From: Gemmatimonadota bacterium
Lineage (GTDB): Bacteria; Gemmatimonadota; Gemmatimonadetes; Gemmatimonadales; GWC2-71-9
Direction: 5' to 3'
NCBI GenBank assembly: GCA_016209985.1
Contig: JACQVB010000226.1
Span: 1 to 61,215 of the forward strand
DNA length: 61,215 nt
Shown: piece by piece, positions 54,669 to 61,215 of the stretch
Numbering within the stretch: position 1 is the stretch's first letter
Layout: each line of letters starts with the position of its first letter
Notes under the pieces: model-generated
What the model saw: the letters and a program-made list of their open reading frames with translations, nothing else
Databases searched by the model: none
What the model was told of the DNA's origin: nothing
Made by a program: the position numbers and the translations under genes

Positions 54669-55520
54669 GTGACCGGTCTGGCCGTGCACCCGGAAGGGAG
54701 GTTGGTCGACCGGGCGCTCCAGTACCTCTCCAGCGGCCCGGCCGACAGCAGCGTGCTCACCCATCAGGTCCTCGGCATCCCGATGGCGACTCCCTTCGTG
54801 GCCGAGCGGCTGGTGGCGGCGCTTCTGGGTGCCGACCCCCGCGTCGGCCGCCTCGGGGATGGGCGCTGGATGCTGGTCGCGCCTGCCACCGCGTCGCCGG
54901 CGCTATCCGATTCTGCCTTCGCAGTCGTGGACGTCGAGACCACCGGCGGAATGGCGGGGCGCGGCGATCGCATCACCGAGATCGCGATCGTCGTCGTGTG
55001 CGGTGAACAGGTCGAGCTGCTGTATGAGTCTCTGGTGAATCCCGGCCGGCCCATTCCGCGTGCGGTTACCCAGGTCACGAACATCACCGATGAGATGGTC
55101 CGCGACCGCCCGGCCTTTGCCGAAATCGCCGATGAAGTGCTCGCCGTCCTTGCCGGACGGATCTTCGTGGCTCACAACATGAGCTTCGACTGGCGGTTCG
55201 TATCGAGCGAGCTGCGGCTGGTGCATGGCGTGGGGCTCGAGGGGCCGAAACTCTGCACCATCAAGCTCGCGCGGCGATTCCTTCCCGGTCTCAAGTCACG
55301 CAGCCTCGACAGTTTGGCCTACTACTTCGGGATGGAAATCGAGCGCCGCCACCGCGCCGGTCCCGACGCGCTGGCTACCGGGCACATACTCCAGCGGCTG
55401 CTCCGACTGGCGCAAGAGTCAGGCGCGTCCACGCTGAACGATCTTTGGGAGCTGAGCCGCCGCCGCGCCCGTCGCCGCCGACGTCGTCGGGCCCGTCCTG
55501 AGTCCATGGGAGAGCTATGA
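54669..55520 (+). CDS. DEDDh 3'-5' exonuclease (DnaQ-like)
   Basis: VVDVETTG, AHNMSFD and HRAGPDA. Confidence 0.92.
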   Translation: MTGLAVHPEGRLVDRALQYLSSGPADSSVLTHQVLGIPMATPFVAERLVAALLGADPRVGRLGDGRWMLVAPATASPALSDSAFAVVDVETTGGMAGRGDRITEIAIVVVCGEQVELLYESLVNPGRPIPRAVTQVTNITDEMVRDRPAFAEIADEVLAVLAGRIFVAHNMSFDWRFVSSELRLVHGVGLEGPKLCTIKLARRFLPGLKSRSLDSLAYYFGMEIERRHRAGPDALATGHILQRLLRLAQESGASTLNDLWELSRRRARRRRRRRARPESMGEL

Positions 55521-55533
55521 CGCCCGCCGAGAA

Positions 55534-55567
55534 GTCATGCCGTCAAGCCGTCATGCCGTCATGCCGT
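55534..55567. repeat. 8-mer (GTCATGCC)x4 array
   Basis: gtcatgcc gtcaagcc gtcatgcc gtcatgcc gt. Confidence 0.85.
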
Positions 55568-55575
55568 GACCCTGC

Positions 55576-56472
55576 ATGATCCTCACCTACACGTTCCGCG
55601 TCGGTCGCCTCACTTGTCACACCCTTGAGGGTGGCCGGCAGCATCTCGACGGCGGCGCAATGTTCGGTGTCGTCCCTAAGCCCCTCTGGGAACAACAGAT
55701 CAAGCCGGACGCGCAGAATCGGATTCCCCTGGCGTTGCGCTGCCTCCTGATCGAGCATGACGCCGGTTTGGTGCTGGTCGACAACGGGATTGGCAATAAG
55801 GAGTCGGACAAGTTTCGTCGCATCTATGGCGTGGAAAACGCCGGGCGCCAGGGAGTGACCCAGCTGCACGACGCCTTGCACGAATTGGGCTTCGCCCCCT
55901 CCGACATACGCTACGTGATCGACACCCATTTGCATTTCGATCATGCGGGCGGTAACACCCACGTCGAAGAAGAGGAGGGCAAGGAGCCGCAGGATCGCCG
56001 GGCGGTTATTTCCTTCCCCAACGCCACCTACGTGGTCCAGGGACGGGAGCTGGAATTCGCCAGTCACACCAACGAGCGGACGGCGGCGAGCTACCTGCGA
56101 CGCAATTTCGATCCCATCACCCAAGCGGGGCGATGGAAGCTGGTGGAAGGGGACCTCGAGTTCTTGCCCGGAATCCGCCTGATGCGGACGCCGGGCCACG
56201 TCCCGCATCTCCAGTCGGTCGTGGTCCACGATGGGCCGGACACGGCATGTTTCGTGGCGGACCTGATCCCGACCACCGCCCACCTGCCGCTTCCCTGGAT
56301 CATGGGGTACGACCTGGAGCCGCTGGTCACGCTGGAATCCAAGCGCCGGCTGCTCAACCAGGCCCATCGGGAAGGCTGGATCCTGATCTTCGAGCACGAT
56401 CCGGAGCGTGCGGTCGGAAGGGTCGTGCAAGATGGTAAATCGTTTATCTACCAGCGACTTGACACTCCGTGA
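55576..56472 (+). CDS. MBL-fold metallo-hydrolase (YtnP-like)
   Basis: DGGAMFGVVPKPLW, THLHFDHAGG and TPGH. Confidence 0.92.
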   Translation: MILTYTFRVGRLTCHTLEGGRQHLDGGAMFGVVPKPLWEQQIKPDAQNRIPLALRCLLIEHDAGLVLVDNGIGNKESDKFRRIYGVENAGRQGVTQLHDALHELGFAPSDIRYVIDTHLHFDHAGGNTHVEEEEGKEPQDRRAVISFPNATYVVQGRELEFASHTNERTAASYLRRNFDPITQAGRWKLVEGDLEFLPGIRLMRTPGHVPHLQSVVVHDGPDTACFVADLIPTTAHLPLPWIMGYDLEPLVTLESKRRLLNQAHREGWILIFEHDPERAVGRVVQDGKSFIYQRLDTP

Positions 56473-56487
56473 AGGGCGGCATACGTT
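56459..56487 (+). promoter_or_regulatory. sigma70 promoter of the infC operon
   Basis: TTGACA-17-TACGTT. Confidence 0.7.
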
Positions 56488-56494
56488 CGGTCAG

Positions 56495-56629
56495 ACAAAC
56501 GAGCCAAGCAAGCGCGAGTCGCTTCACCCTCTTGCCGCCACTGGGCGTGCGTTCAGGGTTCCGATGAGAGAGCGGGCGGGAGATGGCCGCCCGAGTCAGC
56601 GGATTCCGGAAGAGGCGGGTCCGCTTTTT
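56495..56629 (+). ncRNA. Putative L20-responsive leader RNA
   Basis: AAGCG-loop-CGCTT hairpin, then an ACCCT/AGGGT stem, then a terminator, upstream of infC-rpmI-rplT. Confidence 0.5.
56598..56629 (+). terminator. Leader terminator/attenuator
   Basis: AGCGGATTC...GGGTCCGCT followed by a T tract. Confidence 0.65.
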
Positions 56630-56635
56630 AATTGC

Positions 56636-56706
56636 TGAACGCGGAGCGTGGAACGCGGAGGTGTGGTATTTCTGCGTTCGCTCCGCGTTCCGAGTTCCGC
56701 GCTCCA
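56636..56706. repeat. 7-mer (GGAACGC-type) inverted pair before the infC RBS
   Basis: tgaacgcggagcgtggaacgcggag ... ctccgcgttccgagttccgcgctcca. Confidence 0.8.
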
Positions 56707-56728
56707 CACTCGGGAGGCATCACTGACA

Positions 56729-57250
56729 ATTCAGAATGAAAAACAAGAACAACGAGTTCGGGTCAACCGGCAAATACGCATCAGTCCGGTCCGACTCATC
56801 GGGGCCGACGGATCACAGCTCGGCATCGTGCAGCTGGAAGAAGCGTTTCGGATAGCCGCGGAAAGCGGTCATGATCTGGTCGAAGTCGCCCCGCTGGCTC
56901 GTCCGCCGGTGGTCAAGGTGATGGACTACGGGAAGTACCGTTTCGAGCAAGCCAAGGCGGCCCGCGCGGCAAAGAAAAAACAGCATGTGATACAGATGAA
57001 GGAAGTGAAGTACCGGCCGGGCATCGACGACCACGACTTCGATTTCAAAACCCGGCACGCGCGCAACTTCCTCCAAGAAGGCAACAAGGTGAAGCTCACC
57101 ATGATGTTCCGCGGCCGGCAGGTCGCCCATCCCGAGCTCGGGCGTGAGGTCCTCCAGCGAGTGGTCGATGCGCTCCAGGATGTCGGGAAGGTCGAAATGG
57201 AGCCGAAGCTCGAGGGGCGGAACATGACCATGGTGGTGGGACCCAAGTGA
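56729..57250 (+). CDS. infC: Translation initiation factor IF-3 (ATT start)
   Basis: RVNRQIR, DLVEVAP, DYGKYRFE and MFRGRQ; in-frame ATT 11 nt after GGAGG. Confidence 0.95.
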   Translation: MQNEKQEQRVRVNRQIRISPVRLIGADGSQLGIVQLEEAFRIAAESGHDLVEVAPLARPPVVKVMDYGKYRFEQAKAARAAKKKQHVIQMKEVKYRPGIDDHDFDFKTRHARNFLQEGNKVKLTMMFRGRQVAHPELGREVLQRVVDALQDVGKVEMEPKLEGRNMTMVVGPK

Positions 57251-57351
57251 CGGCATGACGGGATAGACGGCATGACGGCATGCCGTTATGCCGTGGAGGG
57301 TGGTGGAGGGGAGAGGGGATGCCGTTGGGGCTGGGCGGTTGGGCGGCGGGT
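57248..57351. repeat. Mixed 8-mer (ACGGCATG) and G-rich arrays between infC and rpmI
   Basis: tgacggcatgacgggatagacggcatgacggcatgccgttatgccgt, then tggaggg and gggcggtt units. Confidence 0.8.
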
Positions 57352-57395
57352 GCCGTCGCGCCGCGGAGCTACGCGATTTTACCGAGGACGCACGA

Positions 57396-57587
57396 ATGCC
57401 AAAGAAGAAGTCCAAGCGCATGGCTCGCCGGCGGTTCAAGATCACCGGCACCGGAAAACTGAAGCGGCGCCACGCCTATAAGGGCCACATTCTCACCAAG
57501 AAACATCCCAAGAGAAAGCGCCGCTTGCGGCAGGCCGCGATGGTGTCGCACGCGGATCGGCGCCTCAAGCACCTGCTGGAGGTCTAG
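57396..57587 (+). CDS. rpmI: 50S ribosomal protein L35
   Basis: MPKKKS...RFKITGTGK...HILTKK. Confidence 0.95.
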   Translation: MPKKKSKRMARRRFKITGTGKLKRRHAYKGHILTKKHPKRKRRLRQAAMVSHADRRLKHLLEV

Positions 57588-57596
57588 GAGCGGACT

Positions 57597-57950
57597 ATGC
57601 CACGAGTCAAGAGCAACGTCGCCGGCCACAAGCGCAAGAAGAAGATCATGAAGCTGGCCAAGGGTGCGCGCGGTGGCCGTAGCAAGCTGTTCAAGGCGGC
57701 CAAAGAAACGGTCGAGCGCGCCTGGCGCTATGGCTATCGGGACCGCCGCAAGAAGAAGGCGGAGTTCCGGCAGCTTTGGATCGTCCGCATCAACGCGGCC
57801 GCGCGGTTGCATGACCTGTCGTATAACCGGTTCATGTCCGGGCTCAAGGCCGCAGGTGTGGAGATCAACCGCAAACAGCTTGCCGACCTGGCCGTGCGCG
57901 ATCCGGTGGCGTTCGGGGAGCTCGCGGAGGTCGCGAAGAAGACACCGTAG
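57597..57950 (+). CDS. rplT: 50S ribosomal protein L20
   Basis: [19 protein letters not shown] and [10 protein letters not shown]. Confidence 0.97.
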   Translation: MPRVKSNVAGHKRKKKIMKLAKGARGGRSKLFKAAKETVERAWRYGYRDRRKKKAEFRQLWIVRINAAARLHDLSYNRFMSGLKAAGVEINRKQLADLAVRDPVAFGELAEVAKKTP

Positions 57951-58975
57951 TGCCCGGCGCCTCCCTCCAGAATCAGCTCGAGGAGATCGCGTCGGCCGCG
58001 GCGGCAATCGCAACGGCTCCCGCTGCTCGTCTGGCCGAGCTCAAGGTCGAGCTCCTGGGCCGCAAAGCGGGGCGCCTCACCGAAGTCCTGCGGGGACTGC
58101 CCGCGCTTGATCCCGCCGAGCGGCGCGAAGTTGGCGCCCGCGCCAATCAGATCAAGCAGGATATCGAGACCGCCATCGAGCGGCGCGAGCGGCAGCTGGC
58201 CCAGGAAGCCGTGCGCGCCGTCACGATGGACGGCACCATGCCGGCTCGAGCCGTCTGGCGTGGCGCGCTGCATCCGGTGACCCAGGTCATCGATGAGATT
58301 TGCGAGATCTTCCGCGAGATCGGCTTCACCCGAATCACCGGCCCGGAAGTCGAGACCGAGGAATACAACTTCACCAAGCTCAACATCCCCCTCGATCACC
58401 CCGCGGCGGACGCCCACGACACCTTCTATCTCTCGCCCGGTGTCCTGTTGCGAACCCATACCTCGCCGATGCAGGCGCGCACCATGGAACGCTACCCGCC
58501 GCCGATCCGCGTGCTGGTCCCCGGTCTCGCGTACCGGCGAGATCCCTTCGACCCGTCCCATTCCCCCGCGTTCGAGCAGATCGAAGGTCTCGCGGTGGAC
58601 GAAGGAATCAGTTTCGTCGATTTCAAGGCGGCCATCGACTTCTTCGTGAAACGGTTCTTCGCTCCCGACACCGCCGTGCGTTTCCGGCCGTCCTACTTCC
58701 CATTTGTGGAGCCCGGGGCGGAAGTCGACATCCAATGCCAGGTGTGCAAGGGCAGTGGGTGCAGCACCTGCAAACGCACCGGCTTTCTCGAAATCATGGG
58801 TGCCGGTATGGTGCACCCGGCGGTGTTCGAGCGCTGCGACCTCGACTCCGAGCGCTACACCGGCTACGCCTTCGGCATGGGCCCGGCGCGGATTGCGATG
58901 CTGCGCTACGGCATTCCGGACATGCGGCTGCTGTTTCAGGGGGACATGCGGTTTCTGGGGCAATTCGTCGAATGA
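57950..58975 (+). CDS. pheS: Phenylalanine-tRNA ligase alpha subunit
   Basis: LRTHTSP, FEQIEGL, FRPSYFPFVEP and GYAFGMG. Confidence 0.97.
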   Translation: MPGASLQNQLEEIASAAAAIATAPAARLAELKVELLGRKAGRLTEVLRGLPALDPAERREVGARANQIKQDIETAIERRERQLAQEAVRAVTMDGTMPARAVWRGALHPVTQVIDEICEIFREIGFTRITGPEVETEEYNFTKLNIPLDHPAADAHDTFYLSPGVLLRTHTSPMQARTMERYPPPIRVLVPGLAYRRDPFDPSHSPAFEQIEGLAVDEGISFVDFKAAIDFFVKRFFAPDTAVRFRPSYFPFVEPGAEVDIQCQVCKGSGCSTCKRTGFLEIMGAGMVHPAVFERCDLDSERYTGYAFGMGPARIAMLRYGIPDMRLLFQGDMRFLGQFVE

Positions 58976-58977
58976 GA

Positions 58978-59122
58978 CCTCACCCCTGTCCCCTCTCCCT
59001 GTGGGAGAGGGGGACGGAAGAGCGCCCATGGAAGTGCTGAGGGCTTTCCCCGGGGCTTTCAAGCGTTCACGTCACGCTGGCGTTTCCTTCTCCCGTAAGG
59101 GAGAGGGGACAGGGGTGAGGGG
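58978..59122. repeat. Two oppositely oriented REP-like palindromes between pheS and pheT
   Basis: cctcacccctgtcccctctccctgtgggagagggggac ... ctcccgtaagggagaggggacaggggtgagggg. Confidence 0.9.
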
Positions 59123-61215
59123 ATGAACATCTCCCTCAACTGGCTCTCCGCCATGCTCGGCCGGTCCCTCGACCCGGCCGATACCGCGTACCGTCTCACG
59201 ATGCTCGGCGCCGCGGTGGACGCGGTCGAGCCGCTCCACCAGGACCTGGGCGATGTCATCGTGGCCCAGGTGGAGAGCGTCGGGAAGCACCCCAACGCGG
59301 ATCGCCTGTCGCTCTGCCTGGTGAACGACGGCAAGAATGTGGTGGAGGTCGTCTGCGGCGCACCCAACGTGACGGCGGGCAAGAAATATCCGTACGCGCC
59401 GGTCGGCTCCGTTCTTCCCGGCGGTCTCAAGCTCGAGGCGCGCAAGATCCGCGGCGTCTCCTCCAATGGAATGCTCTGCTCCGCCAAGGAGCTGGGCCTC
59501 GGCGCCGACCATTCCGGCATCCTCGAATTGAACACCGACGCCGCGCCGGGAACCCCGTTTGTGAAAGCGGTGCCGGTAGCAGATCATCGGTTGGTCCTGG
59601 ACGTGACGGCCAACCGGCCGGATCTGCTTTGCCACAAGGGAGTCGCCCGGGAATTGGCCGTGCTGGACGGCGGAATGGTCCGCCTGGTCCCGATTCCCGG
59701 CGACGGGCACGCCGCCGAACCCGCTCGGGTGGGCGCTCGAGGCACGGTCGATGGAGTCGAGATCCTCATCGAGGACGTGGACGGATGCCCCCGCTATGCC
59801 GCGGCCGTGATCCGCGGCGTGCACGTGGGTCCCTCACCGGAGTGGCTGCAGGCCCCGCTCCGAAGCGTGGGTGCCGGGCCCATCAACAATGTGGTGGACG
59901 CCACCAACTTCATCCTCCACGAGCTCAATCAGCCGCTTCACGCGTTCGATCTTCGAAAACTGGCGGGGCAAAAGATCATCGTGCGCCGCGCCCGCGCCGG
60001 GGAGAACATCACGACACTCGATGGGACGGCGCGAACGCTGACGACTGAGATGACCGCTATCTGCGATGCCGACCGTCCCGTAGCGGTGGCCGGCGTCATG
60101 GGTGGCGCCGATTCCGAGGTCTCTCCCGATACGGTTGACATCGTGCTGGAGTGCGCCCACTTCAATCCCAAGCGCATCCGGGCCACCCGGACCGCGCTCA
60201 AGCTGAGTACGGAGGCGTCCTACCGGTTCGAGCGGGGGATCGACCTCCAGGCGCTGCCGTTCGCGCTGCGCCGCGCCGTGAGCCTCATCGTCGCTACCGC
60301 TGGTGGACGCGCCACCGGGGCCACCGATCTCTATCCCTCTCCCACCCAGGAGCCGCTGATTTTCCTCCGTCCCGAGCGCGTTCAGCATCTGCTCGGAACA
60401 GCGGTCCCGCGAGCGGAGATCGAGCGCTATCTCACCAGCGTCGGCTTTACGGTGGCGCCTCGGGAAGAGCGGCTGGCCGTCCAGGTGCCTGGCTGGCGGC
60501 CCGATGTGACCCGCGAAGTGGATCTCATCGAGGAAGTCGCCCGGCTCAAGGGGTACGGTGCTTTCCCGGTCGAGCTGGGCGCCTTCCGGCCGAGCACGGT
60601 TCCCGACGACCCGGTAGAAGACCTGAAGGCGCGGCTTCGTCGGGTGTTTTGCGCGCTGGGACTGCACGAAGCCCGATCCTACCCTCTGGGCCGAGCGGGT
60701 GACGAGAGCGCGGTCGCACTCGCCAATCCGCTCTCGGCGGATGACGCCTATCTCCGCTCGGATCTGATCGCCGGATTGACCCGGGCTGCGGAACACAACT
60801 GGTCGGTCCGCGAGCGGAATATTCGACTGTTCGAGGTTGGTGCGGTCTTCCGCCGGCTGGGCCGAGCCCCGGGCGCCACGCCGAAAGACGGAAGACCGGA
60901 CGAGCAACTGCATCTCGCGGCCGTGATCAGCGGAGCGCGAGTGCCACCGCATTGGTCCACGGCCGGAAAGTCCCCCGATGCCGATCTGTGGGACCTCAAG
61001 CATCTGCTTGAAGAAGCAGTGCGGATCGGACGGCCGGGCTCCATGGTTTCGCCCGAGGGTGTGGGCTGGGTGATCCGTGACGCCTCGGGGGAAACTCGCG
61101 GGTGGGCGCGGCAACTCGAAGCAGACCGGCCGGCATGGGCTGCTCCCTTATTCGGGCTGGAAGTCGAGCTTGCGGGTACCGTCTCCCTCTCCCGTAAGGA
61201 GCCTGCCCTGAGCGC
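59123..61215 (+). CDS. pheT: Phenylalanine-tRNA ligase beta subunit (3' end beyond window)
   Basis: MNISLNWL, HPNADRL, VCGAPNV, GMLCS, TANRPD, SYRFERG and DLIEEVAR by manual translation. Confidence 0.96.
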   Translation, partial: MNISLNWLSAMLGRSLDPADTAYRLTMLGAAVDAVEPLHQDLGDVIVAQVESVGKHPNADRLSLCLVNDGKNVVEVVCGAPNVTAGKKYPYAPVGSVLPGGLKLEARKIRGVSSNGMLCSAKELGLGADHSGILELNTDAAPGTPFVKAVPVADHRLVLDVTANRPDLLCHKGVARELAVLDGGMVRLVPIPGDGHAAEPARVGARGTVDGVEILIEDVDGCPRYAAAVIRGVHVGPSPEWLQAPLRSVGAGPINNVVDATNFILHELNQPLHAFDLRKLAGQKIIVRRARAGENITTLDGTARTLTTEMTAICDADRPVAVAGVMGGADSEVSPDTVDIVLECAHFNPKRIRATRTALKLSTEASYRFERGIDLQALPFALRRAVSLIVATAGGRATGATDLYPSPTQEPLIFLRPERVQHLLGTAVPRAEIERYLTSVGFTVAPREERLAVQVPGWRPDVTREVDLIEEVARLKGYGAFPVELGAFRPSTVPDDPVEDLKARLRRVFCALGLHEARSYPLGRAGDESAVALANPLSADDAYLRSDLIAGLTRAAEHNWSVRERNIRLFEVGAVFRRLGRAPGATPKDGRPDEQLHLAAVISGARVPPHWSTAGKSPDADLWDLKHLLEEAVRIGRPGSMVSPEGVGWVIRDASGETRGWARQLEADRPAWAAPLFGLEVELAGTVSLSRKEPALS
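61181..61215. repeat. REP-like element starting within pheT (cut by window edge)
   Basis: gtctccctctcccgtaagga-gcctgccctgagcg, matching the 20741-20810 element. Confidence 0.75.

Overview
High-GC bacterial chromosomal window. The ribosomal protein sequences and gene order suggest Gemmatimonadota, but this is inference. Positions 1-23.5 kb hold a surface-glycan cluster: an SLBB/Wza-type exporter, ten GT4-type glycosyltransferases, five SAM methyltransferases, a Wzx flippase, a Wzy/ligase-like membrane protein and a WecA-like initiator. Next come tRNA-Ile2(CAT), tRNA-Val(CAC) and a small accessory patch. The rest is a long + strand housekeeping run: asparaginase, obgE, dprA, hemW, hrcA, dnaJ, HIT, rpsU, mutS2, dnaG, recJ, rsmD, coaD, pta, an Rsb partner-switch trio, rsmA, an exonuclease, an MBL hydrolase and infC-rpmI-rplT-pheS-pheT. 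A six-gene nucleotidyltransferase/B12-radical-SAM cassette interrupts that run. The most unusual signal is about 20 degenerate 7- and 8-nt-period tandem arrays, mostly paired as inverted arms. One pair (37 bp) brackets a four-helix-bundle (23S-IVS-protein-like) gene. A near-identical perfect 32-bp pair sits in frame inside rsmA. Other arrays are translated inside glycosyltransferases, MutS2, Pta and HemW. Several intergenic arrays are spanned by mini-ORFs that abut or overlap both neighbouring genes. A separate REP-like palindrome family also inserts in frame. No CRISPR array, integrase, transposase or reverse transcriptase was seen. Gene calls come from motif recognition by eye, without database searches, and many start codons are my own reassignments.
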